From an uncultured Pseudomonadota bacterium (GTDB lineage: Bacteria; Myxococcota_A; Polyangia; Fen-1088), in contig CAWKBC010000030.1 in assembly GCA_963847705.1 (NCBI GenBank), forward strand, positions 480,001 to 544,000: a DNA stretch of 64,000 nt. Reading direction: 5' to 3'. Under the pieces are notes generated by a model. It saw only the letters and a program-made list of their open reading frames with translations. It was not told the DNA's origin and did not search any database. Every line of letters begins with the position of its first letter. Within the stretch, counting starts at the first letter, position 1. This document shows, piece by piece, positions 1 to 8,090 of this stretch. Both the position numbers and the translations under genes were made by a program.

Positions 1-376
1 CCGAGAGGATCAAGACCTGAAGGTCCGCCTCCCGCCGACCGAGCTTGCGGAAGTCGCGCGCCACCTGCGTGCAGAGCTCGCGCGTGGGACAGAGGACCAG
101 CGCCTGCGGGTGGCGCTTGCCCCGTTTCAGCTTCTGCAAGATCGCCAGCGCGAAGGCCGCCGTCTTCCCGCTGCCGGTGGTCGACTGCCCGATCAGATCG
201 CGGCCCGCCAGCAAGAGAGGAATGGCGCGCGCCTGGACCGGCGTCGGCGCGGCGAAGCCCAGCTCCGCCACCACCTGACAGAGGGTGGGGGCAAGGCCGA
301 GCGCGGCGAACCCGCCGTCAGCCGGGGGCGGAGGCGCCGAGTGGTTCACCGTGCGGTTCATCGGCGTGCGGTTCAT
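1..376 (-). CDS. DEAD-box ATP-dependent RNA helicase, DbpA-like (N-terminal part, runs off the window edge)
   Basis: Not in the ORF track. Manual minus-strand translation gives FAALGL...GFAAPTPVQARAIP (Q motif), GQSTTGSGKT (motif I) and LVLCPTREL (motif Ia). Confidence 0.9.
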   Translation of the reverse strand, partial: MNRTPMNRTVNHSAPPPPADGGFAALGLAPTLCQVVAELGFAAPTPVQARAIPLLLAGRDLIGQSTTGSGKTAAFALAILQKLKRGKRHPQALVLCPTRELCTQVARDFRKLGRREADLQVLILS

Positions 377-500
377 CGGATCGCTGGCAGATAGCAACTA
401 CGCCAGGAAAGTCCACGTATTTGCACGCCGCGCCTCGCCTTTCTCTGATCGTGGGACCTGGCGTATGGTCCGACCTCACCCCCCAGCTCGGAGGTTTACG

Positions 501-1241
501 ATGAACCCGAAGTCGACCGACCCGAAGTTGCTCAGCCGAAAAGAGTTCTTCGTCTTGACCGTGACCTTGGTCGGCGCAGCCGCCCTCGAGTCGAACTGTA
601 CATCGAGTGACGGCGGCGACATGGGCACGGGGGGCACCGGTGCGACGGGCAGCGGTGGAAGTGGCACCGGCGGAACGGGCACCGGTGGAACGGCAACTGG
701 TGGAACGACGGGCACGGGTGGAACGACCGGCACGGGTGGAACGGCAACGGGTGGAACGACGGGCACTGGTGGAACGGGCACCGGCGGAACGACCGGCACC
801 GGTGGCGCGGCTGGCGGCTCCGGGGGCAGCGGGACTGGCGGCGCCGCCGGCAAGGGCGGAAGCGGGGGCGGGGGAACGACGGGGGGCGCTGGGCACGCCG
901 GTGGAACCGGCGGGAATGCCGGCACGTCCGGTGGTGGCGGCGTGGGCGGACCCGGCGGAAGCAGCGGGTCTTCCTGCACGCTCCCCCTCCCCGAGAAGCA
1001 GCTCGCCGTCACCGCTTCGGACTCCAATCTCCACACTCACACGGTGGTGGTCAACGCGACCACCCTCAACGCCACCACCTCGCAGACGCTGACCACGAGC
1101 AGCGCCGGGACTCCGGCGCACACACACATGATCACGTTGACGCCGGCCAATCTCACCACCCTGCGCGGCGGTGGGATGGTGCAGATCGAGTCGACCAACG
1201 ACAGCAACCACACCCACACCTATCAGATCAGCTGCACCTAG
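501..1241 (+). CDS. Exported protein with Tat-like signal, Gly/Thr linker and C-terminal triple-HTH (His-Thr-His) domain
   Basis: GGAGG at 490-494 before the ATG; SRKEFF then a hydrophobic stretch and Cys; GTGG repeats; three HTH tripeptides in the last ~70 aa. Confidence 0.75.
   Translation: MNPKSTDPKLLSRKEFFVLTVTLVGAAALESNCTSSDGGDMGTGGTGATGSGGSGTGGTGTGGTATGGTTGTGGTTGTGGTATGGTTGTGGTGTGGTTGTGGAAGGSGGSGTGGAAGKGGSGGGGTTGGAGHAGGTGGNAGTSGGGGVGGPGGSSGSSCTLPLPEKQLAVTASDSNLHTHTVVVNATTLNATTSQTLTTSSAGTPAHTHMITLTPANLTTLRGGGMVQIESTNDSNHTHTYQISCT
621..960 (+). repeat. Imperfect coding repeat (GTGGT units) forming a low-complexity linker
   Basis: Repeated ggcac(c/g)ggtggaacg units inside CDS 501..1241. 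Confidence 0.8.
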
Positions 1242-1287
1242 GCCGCCGACCCTCGGCGTTCGTCAACGCAGGTCTGCGATGGCGCGC

Positions 1288-1326
1288 AAAAAAGAACGCG
1301 CCGAGAGGCAAGGCCGCTCGGCGCGT
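1288..1326 (-). terminator. Rho-independent terminator for the YbhB-like gene
   Basis: Minus strand has stem ACGCGCCGAG/CTCGGCGCGT followed by TCTTTTTT, about 40 nt past the stop at 1367. Confidence 0.75.
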
Positions 1327-1366
1327 GCGAGACGTTGGAAGGACCAGAGGCCTTCGACGAGGCCGG

Positions 1367-2296
1367 CTACAGGCCGCCCTTGCCGGCGTAGCCGTGCAAG
1401 ACCGCCGTTCCCAGCACCTTGCCCGAGCTCATCGCAGTCGCCAGCGCGGTCCTCGCGTTGTCGACGCTCGTGCCGGTGATCGAGAGCGTCGCCGTCGACA
1501 GCGCGTAGATCGTGAACTCGTACTCGTCGCCCATGGTGCCGTTCATCGTGGTCGCGCAGGGCGCCAGGAAGGTTCCGCTCTGTTTGGCCCCGGCGAGCCC
1601 CCCGCTCAAAGTCATGGTCAACCCTTCCGGCAGACCCATGACGGTGGGGGAGATATTCCAGATGGCCCAGTGCTCGCCAAACATGACCATGCTGCCGCCC
1701 ATGTTGATGAGCGTCGTGTCCAGGAAGGTCATGGCGAACGACATGGTTCCCGCCGGTGGATTTGTCCAGTCGAGCTCGGGATTGATGCCGTTTCCGATGT
1801 TGCCGACCGTCTTTCCCGACAGAGCAGGGCTCTCGGCGCAGGTGTACTTCGAAGCGAAGTGCGCGTTGTCCGCGAGCTCCGTGCTGGTCAGCGAGAAAGC
1901 GGTGCCCGAGCTCCCCCCCCGCCGCTGATCCCGGCCGTGCCGCCGGTGCCGTTCGAATCCGCCGCCAGCGTGACCGGCGCCGCCGGCCGTGCCGCCGGTC
2001 CCAGTGATGCCGCCGGTGGCCGTGCCACCCGTGCCAGTGACGCCGCCGGTGGCGGTGCCGCCGGTGCCGGTGATACCGCCGGTGGCGGTGCCGCCGGTGC
2101 CGGTGATGCCCCCGGTGCCGGGCACGCCGCCGGTGGCGGTCGTACCGCCCGTCGCCGATCCGCCCGTGCCACTGCTTTGGCCCCCCGTCCCCGGCGAGCC
2201 GCCGGTGCCTCCTCCTCCATCGCTGGAAGTGCAGCCGAAGCCGACAGCGAGACCGAGGAATGCCAGTGCCAACCGGGGGAATTTGACAGGGTGCAT
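1367..2296 (-). CDS. YbhB/YbcL (PEBP-like) family lipoprotein with Gly/Thr linker
   Basis: Lipobox-like GFGC; PELDWTNPPAGTMSFAMTFLD, HWAIWNI and YEFTIYAL are PEBP/YbhB-type motifs. Confidence 0.8.
   Translation of the reverse strand: MHPVKFPRLALAFLGLAVGFGCTSSDGGGGTGGSPGTGGQSSGTGGSATGGTTATGGVPGTGGITGTGGTATGGITGTGGTATGGVTGTGGTATGGITGTGGTAGGAGHAGGGFERHRRHGRDQRRGGSSGTAFSLTSTELADNAHFASKYTCAESPALSGKTVGNIGNGINPELDWTNPPAGTMSFAMTFLDTTLINMGGSMVMFGEHWAIWNISPTVMGLPEGLTMTLSGGLAGAKQSGTFLAPCATTMNGTMGDEYEFTIYALSTATLSITGTSVDNARTALATAMSSGKVLGTAVLHGYAGKGGL
1980..2220 (-). repeat. Imperfect coding repeat (TGTGGTATGG units)
   Basis: Repeated gccgccggtggcggtgccgccggtgccggtgat-like units on the plus strand. Confidence 0.8.
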
Positions 2297-2410
2297 CCTG
2301 TCAAATGGGTGATCGACGACCAAACCTTCAGCCATTGGCCGAAAATTGCCCGTGGAGCTCCCGATTCGTGGCGCCCCGCGCCAGGTCCGCCCGAAGGCCG
2401 GCGCGTTCGT

Positions 2411-2854
2411 TCACTTCCCCAGACCGGCGAGGCCGCTCTTCTTCGGGTGCTTATCCAGCCATTTCTTCAGGGCCCGGAAGGCCTTCGCGCCGCCGGTCAG
2501 GAAGACGTCGCCGAACCGATCGAGATCGGCGCGAAGATGACGAAATCCGGCGGCCGGATCGTCGGAGAAGCCAGGGTATTGGCCCTCCGCCGGTATTCGA
2601 TCGAGCGCCCGGACACCGCGAACGAGGTCCTCGTGGGAGAGCGACTCGTCCCCGAAGTGGTACCGGACGAGGACGAGCGAGCGGCGAACGTGGAGCTCGA
2701 GGCGCCGATCGCCGCGTCGAAACTCGCCCAGCGCCAACCCGCCGCCGCTGCCATCATCGTCGTCCACGGCGCTGAACACGAAGCCGGCGGGGCCCAGCGC
2801 CTCTGCCAGCTCCGCCGCGCCCTGGTCGAGCAGCTGCCTCGGAGTCATCGTCAT
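2411..2854 (-). CDS. Hypothetical protein
   Basis: 147-aa ORF with normal composition; CATACT lies 6 nt upstream of the ATG. Confidence 0.7.
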   Translation of the reverse strand: MTMTPRQLLDQGAAELAEALGPAGFVFSAVDDDDGSGGGLALGEFRRGDRRLELHVRRSLVLVRYHFGDESLSHEDLVRGVRALDRIPAEGQYPGFSDDPAAGFRHLRADLDRFGDVFLTGGAKAFRALKKWLDKHPKKSGLAGLGK

Positions 2855-2910
2855 CGCCGCAGTATGGCGCGGCGACGAGGCGCGATGGTCACTCTCGCGC
2901 GATCAATCGT

Positions 2911-3093
2911 TCAGTCGGTCGCCGCGCCGATCACCGAATCCCAGTGCGGCTCCGGCGATCTGGCCGGCGCGCTCTCGGTGCCGGACCGGGAAGGCGGCAT
3001 CCCGCCTTCGATGTCTTCGAGGTCTTCATTGTCCTGAAATTTGGAGGCGATGGGGACGACCGGCGTCGGGGCGCCAGACGGATCGGGGAACAT
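2911..3093 (-). CDS. Small acidic hypothetical protein (60 aa)
   Basis: Strong RBS AAAGGAG upstream of the ATG at 3093; ends HWDSVIGAATD. Confidence 0.6.
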   Translation of the reverse strand: MFPDPSGAPTPVVPIASKFQDNEDLEDIEGGMPPSRSGTESAPARSPEPHWDSVIGAATD

Positions 3094-3367
3094 GGATCGG
3101 ACTCCTTTCGAGTGACGGCGAGCTGAGCAAACGCCGAGCCACCCGGCCGGCCGCGATTTCCTGCGGCCTTCGCCGGCCTTCTGCGGCGTTCCGTCCGAAA
3201 AGGCGCGCAGCCGCGGTGGCATCGCGAAGCCGCCCACGCACCCGGGCGGCGGCCTCTAGGTGTCGTCACCTGATTCCTCGGCTCGGGGCTACGGTATTTC
3301 CACCCGCGCTGCACATTCAACATCGAGGTACCAGGTCGCCGTGGAGAGACGATGAAGGGGCGAGGCC

Positions 3368-4045
3368 ATGAACCTGAGACGTCGGATGACCTTGGCGGTG
3401 GCAGCGATGACGATTGTCGCTGCCGGGGGGGGAGCCTTCGCCGCTTCGGCCGATTCTGCCGATGCCGGCGCTGCGCCGGACAGCGGCGAGAAGCGGGTGT
3501 CGGACGGGACGCCGGTCAGCAAGATCGGTTTGACCATCCTGGCGGGCGGCGGCGTCACCGACTTTACCCAGGGGGCCACCCGTGACGAGACGAGCCTGGG
3601 CGGCTCTTGGGACGTCCGGGTCCTCATCGCCACCCGCCACTGGCTCGGTTTCGAGGCGTCGTACATCGGCAGCGCCAACCCGATCAAAGGGCTCGGGTTC
3701 TCCAGCAACAGCAAGCTGGTGCGCAACGGGATCGAGGGGGCTCTCCGGGTGCAGGCCCCGCTGCGTCACCACTGCCTGCTGCTCGAGCCTTACATCCTGG
3801 GCGGCGCCGGCTGGAATGCCTACCGGGTGACGAACGTCGACCCGACCACCGCGAGCGCCACCACGAACAACGACAACACCCTGGTGCTGCCGTTCGCCGT
3901 CGGATTCATGTTCGGCTACAAGGGCTTCGTGGGCGACGTGCGGTACACGATTCGTCCGACCTACCAGCAGACCCTGCTGGCCAACCAGGGGGCGAACGGT
4001 CTCACCAACTGGGACGCGGGCGTGATGATCGGCTTCGAATTCTAG
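3368..4045 (+). CDS. Outer-membrane beta-barrel protein (OmpA-like transmembrane domain)
   Basis: Signal peptide, amphipathic strands (WLGFEASYIG, LEPYILGGAGW), C-terminal Phe (IGFEF). Confidence 0.8.
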   Translation: MNLRRRMTLAVAAMTIVAAGGGAFAASADSADAGAAPDSGEKRVSDGTPVSKIGLTILAGGGVTDFTQGATRDETSLGGSWDVRVLIATRHWLGFEASYIGSANPIKGLGFSSNSKLVRNGIEGALRVQAPLRHHCLLLEPYILGGAGWNAYRVTNVDPTTASATTNNDNTLVLPFAVGFMFGYKGFVGDVRYTIRPTYQQTLLANQGANGLTNWDAGVMIGFEF

Positions 4046-5556
4046 AACACCAGGAAGATCGAGCCGATGCCTCGCCATTCGTCCGAGCGGACCCGGTAGC
4101 CCAGGAGGCTGCTGTCTCGAGCGTCGTCGTCGAATTCGAAGGCCAGCCGGACCGGTCCGCCCAGGGGCTGCCACGACGCCACCGCCGCCAGGAACAGCCG
4201 CGTGTCGTGAAGCGAGAAGTTGTTCTGGATCGTGCTCTGACGTTCGTCGTCGGTGTTGAAAGACCAGAAGCTCTGGCTGCGGCCATCGAGCGTGAGGCGC
4301 ACGTCGCCCAGCTCGGCCTCGACGGTCGCCAAGGCGAGCAGGCCCTGCGCGAAGTAATAGCCCTCCTCCTGAAGCTCGGTCTTGATGGTCACGTTCGCGA
4401 ACGTTGGCGCCGCCTGCGGGTAGGCCAGGGAGGTCACCTGGGCAAATCCGTAGCTGGCAGCGAACGTGGCGCGCAGGGCGAGCTGGCCGCGCCGGGCCGC
4501 GAGCTCGACCATCGGACCGAGCAGGCCCACGGCCAGGGTTCGATCCCAGATGGAGGGGAGGCTTCGGGCGTCGTAGTCGAAGGAGCTGCCGACGCCGAGG
4601 AGGAGACCGTGACCATCCGGCTCGCCCGACGGACCGAGGACGTCGCCGTAGTTGCGCAGGTAGCGCCCCCAGACGAGTGAATCGGCGTGGACGAAGGCCC
4701 CCCGGATCGAGCCGTCCTCGAGGAACCAGCGCCCGCCGAAACTGGTCCACTGTCCGGGCCGCGCGCTGGAGGCGCCGAACCCCGGCTGCCGGTAGAGCGC
4801 GTGGGTGGTGATCCGATCGCCCAGCCCCAGCACGGTCTCGTCTCTCGTCTCGTCGTCGCCGAAGGAGGTGTGCGCCGCCCCGAACTCGAAGTAGACCCGG
4901 TGCCAGATCCGCCTGGAGAACCCCTGCCCGTCGAAGCTCTGGTCCCGCCGTCTGCCGTGGCAGACGGGCGCCTCATTCAGCGTTGCCACCGGCGAAAAGA
5001 GGGAGGCGCCAATGCAGTTCGCCAGGCTGGGCTCTCCGTCGGCGAACAGGCGGCCCAGGCGGTAGGTCGCCTCGCCGATCACCCATCCTGCCGCGGGCGT
5101 GACGATGAGATCGTTGGTCGACAGCTTCTGGTTCGGCTCACCGAAGAACTTCCAGAGCGTGGAGGCAGCGACCGTCGTCAGGAACGAGGCGCCCACGCCG
5201 AAGCCGTTGCCGCGCGCGATCTGGTAGTAGACGGTCCCGGCGAACGGATGACCGATGGCGTTCGTGTTGAAGCGGTCGTGGTCGAAGACCACGTAACGAT
5301 ACGAGAACAGCTCCGTTCGCCAGGTCGACCAGGTAAAGGCGGAGACTTGCGATTCAGAGGGCTCCTGGTGGCCCCAGTACCAGGCGGATTGGAGCCCGAG
5401 GAAGGCAAGCTCTCCCAGCACGACCCGGAGAAAGGGATGCTCTGGGCGGGCGGTCTCCGATTCGCTGTCGGTGTTCCGCAGCTCTGCTCCACGGGCGGGA
5501 AGCACCGACAGGAACGTCGCGAGTCCCCAGGCCAGGATGATCGCTCTGCTACGCAC
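4042..5556 (-). CDS. DUF3943-like outer-membrane protein
   Basis: DRFNTNAIGHPFAGTVYYQIARGNG...STNDLIVTPAAG motif, beta-rich C-terminus ending in Phe; start uncertain. Confidence 0.7.
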   Translation of the reverse strand: MRSRAIILAWGLATFLSVLPARGAELRNTDSESETARPEHPFLRVVLGELAFLGLQSAWYWGHQEPSESQVSAFTWSTWRTELFSYRYVVFDHDRFNTNAIGHPFAGTVYYQIARGNGFGVGASFLTTVAASTLWKFFGEPNQKLSTNDLIVTPAAGWVIGEATYRLGRLFADGEPSLANCIGASLFSPVATLNEAPVCHGRRRDQSFDGQGFSRRIWHRVYFEFGAAHTSFGDDETRDETVLGLGDRITTHALYRQPGFGASSARPGQWTSFGGRWFLEDGSIRGAFVHADSLVWGRYLRNYGDVLGPSGEPDGHGLLLGVGSSFDYDARSLPSIWDRTLAVGLLGPMVELAARRGQLALRATFAASYGFAQVTSLAYPQAAPTFANVTIKTELQEEGYYFAQGLLALATVEAELGDVRLTLDGRSQSFWSFNTDDERQSTIQNNFSLHDTRLFLAAVASWQPLGGPVRLAFEFDDDARDSSLLGYRVRSDEWRGIGSIFLVF

Positions 5557-5727
5557 CCCTCGCGTGGCCTCTCGACGACGGTTCTCACGATTCCCCCAGC
5601 GGCAATACGCTGTGGCTCCTAGAAGCGCGGTGCGCAAACGCGAATTGCGAGAACGTAGGGAAGGTCCCGTATTCGATCCCGAGATCCTCGGAAGCGACCT
5701 CAGGTTAGTCCCAAAGGGGGACCAACC

Positions 5728-6897
5728 ATGCGGATGAGGTCATTGGGATGGTTTGTGGGGTCGCTGGGTTTGCTGTTAGGGGCGGGCTCGGCGCGGGCGG
5801 AGGATCAGCCAATCTCGGGTCCCGACGCCATCAATCAGCTGGAAGGCAAGCCCGAGTGCCGTGATGCCGGGGTCACCGTGAGCTTCTCGACGGGTTCGAT
5901 CGTGCTCGACACGAACGCGCAGGGGGCGCTCAATGGCGTGGCGACCTGGATGAAGGCGGACAGCAAACGCACGCTTCACCTGCACGGCTACGCCGACACC
6001 ACTGGCAACAGTGAGGCGAACCTCGTGCTGAGCGAGAAGCGGGCCGATGCGGTCAAGACCTACCTCGTCGGACAGGGGGTCGACGCCACGCAGATCACCA
6101 CGATCGGTCGTGGCGAGGACGTCGCTGACCAGCTGCCGGCGAACGGTCGTACGGTGACCTTCCTGGCCTGCAAGCCGTCTGCTGCATCGGCGGAGGCTGA
6201 AGCGCCGGCGGCGGCCGAACCGGCTGCGCCGGCGGCGCCGCCCGCGCCGGAAGAAACGCCCCCGCCGCCCACGGTCGCCGTGGTGCCCGCGGTGGTCGAG
6301 CCGGTGCCGGCCGAGACACCGCCCGCGTCCGCACCACCCAAGTACGAGCCGCCCTCGAGGTTCGGCCTCGCGCTCCTGGCCGGCGGCGGTTACCAGGACT
6401 TCTCCAACAGCAACATGAGAAGTCTCACCAACGGGGGCGGCGCCTGGGACATCAGGTTCGTCGCCGGGACCCGGTCGATCCTCGGTTTCGAGGGCGCCTA
6501 CGTCGGCTCGGCCCGCGGCTTCCAGTCGCTGGGCGTGACAGCCAACAACCCGACGCTGATCTCCAACGGCGTCGAAGGGAACCTGCGCCTCAACGCCCCC
6601 ATCACCAGGGGCGACTCGCTGTTCGAGCCGTACGCCGTCGCCGGCGTCGGGTGGTCGCAGTACCACATCACCAACTACAACACGAACACGCAGGCGTTGT
6701 CGGACTTCAGCGCCACGAACGACAACGTGATGACCGTTCCCTTGGGCGTGGGATTTACCTACGGGTACAAGGCGCTGCTGCTGGACGTGCGGGGGACCTA
6801 TTCCCCGACGTACTACAACAACCTGCTCGAGGGGACCAGCGGCAACGGCACGCTGAACACCTGGGGCGTGGGCGGCTCGGTCGGGTTCGGGTTCTGA
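5728..6897 (+). CDS. OmpA-family protein: N-terminal peptidoglycan-binding domain, Pro/Ala linker, C-terminal beta-barrel
   Basis: GYADTTGNSEANLVLSEKRADAVKTYL (OmpA-C motif); the C-terminal barrel resembles 3368..4045 and ends VGFGF. Confidence 0.85.
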   Translation: MRMRSLGWFVGSLGLLLGAGSARAEDQPISGPDAINQLEGKPECRDAGVTVSFSTGSIVLDTNAQGALNGVATWMKADSKRTLHLHGYADTTGNSEANLVLSEKRADAVKTYLVGQGVDATQITTIGRGEDVADQLPANGRTVTFLACKPSAASAEAEAPAAAEPAAPAAPPAPEETPPPPTVAVVPAVVEPVPAETPPASAPPKYEPPSRFGLALLAGGGYQDFSNSNMRSLTNGGGAWDIRFVAGTRSILGFEGAYVGSARGFQSLGVTANNPTLISNGVEGNLRLNAPITRGDSLFEPYAVAGVGWSQYHITNYNTNTQALSDFSATNDNVMTVPLGVGFTYGYKALLLDVRGTYSPTYYNNLLEGTSGNGTLNTWGVGGSVGFGF

Positions 6898-7121
6898 GCA
6901 CCGTCTGACCGACGAGAGGCAACGTACGGGCCGCGGCTCGCTCCTTGGGGGCGGGCCGCGGTCGCATGTTCGTATCCCTTGACGCCGTCCGCACGCTTCG
7001 GCTTCAGGGTCACGGAGGACGCGGGCGGCAGCTCGAAGCGGACGGAGACGTTCATCCCGAAGTTTCCGCGCACCTCTTCAGCCTCGTAGGCATCCCACCC
7101 CCGATTCTGTATCGTCGGTAC

Positions 7122-7532
7122 GTGCTGTCCCTCGCGCGGACAATCGGCGTCTTGGGGCTGGCGGCCGGGCTGACCGCACCGGGTGCCGGGTGCGGAGGCG
7201 GCAGCACGTACACCGGCCTGATCTCCTGCACGCGGTCCACCAACGTCCAGGGCCTCGGGCTTCTCGAGGCGTGCGAGGAGGCTCCGGCCAGCGCGCGCTC
7301 GCAATTTCAGCAAGGCTGCACCGCGGCGACGACCGTCGACGGCGGAAGCCCCACCGTCGCGAACGCCCCCTGCCCGCGGGTGGACACCCTCGGTGGTTGC
7401 CAGATCACCAGCGGCGGGTTCGAGGAGTCCTTCTGGTACTACGGGGCCGGTGGCGACGGGGAGGTCGGGGCCATGCCGAGCGACATCCAGAGGCTCTGCT
7501 CGGCGTCGGGCGGAACCTACTTCGCGCCCTGA
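7122..7532 (+). CDS. Cys-rich lipoprotein
   Basis: GTG start, hydrophobic signal ending GAGC, six further Cys (CPRVDTLGGC). Confidence 0.65.
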   Translation: MLSLARTIGVLGLAAGLTAPGAGCGGGSTYTGLISCTRSTNVQGLGLLEACEEAPASARSQFQQGCTAATTVDGGSPTVANAPCPRVDTLGGCQITSGGFEESFWYYGAGGDGEVGAMPSDIQRLCSASGGTYFAP

Positions 7533-7663
7533 ACGAAGCCGCCCGCTCCCGGCCGGTCGATGACGTTGCCGTGCATGAGACGATGAGCGTCACCGAGCGG
7601 CTCGAGCTGGCGCACCACCACCGGGTGACCCGCGAGACCTCCACCTCGTCGTGAACGCGCCTG

Positions 7664-8068
7664 TCAGTTGCCGGCGAAGTGTCCCGACTCCGGAACGGGC
7701 GGCCGCCGTTCGAGGAGCCCCCGGGCCACCAGGCTGGCGATGGCTTCGAAGGCGCAGGGCTTGGGCAGGAAATAGGGCGTTCCCACCGTCTCTGCGACCT
7801 CGGGCAGGTTGGTGACGCCAGAGAGCAAGACCAGGGGAATCTCCTCTTGCCCGACGTCGTGGATGAACATCCGATACGACATCTCCGGTCCCGTGAGGAC
7901 CGGCATCTCGACGTCGAGCAGGACGAGATCCGGTTGGCGCTCGGCAACGAGCTCCAACCCTTCCTGCCCGTTCCGCGCCGTTCGCACCTCGTGACCCTCC
8001 GCCTCGAGGAGGGCCGCCAGACTCTCCGCCAGGTCGGGGTCATCGTCGACAACCAGCAGATTCGCCAC
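7664..8068 (-). CDS. Single-domain response regulator
   Basis: LVVDDD, DLVLLDVEMP, LSG and KP receiver motifs. Confidence 0.92.
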   Translation of the reverse strand: MANLLVVDDDPDLAESLAALLEAEGHEVRTARNGQEGLELVAERQPDLVLLDVEMPVLTGPEMSYRMFIHDVGQEEIPLVLLSGVTNLPEVAETVGTPYFLPKPCAFEAIASLVARGLLERRPPVPESGHFAGN

Positions 8069-8090
8069 CGCCGTGCACTCCCCGCGTCAG

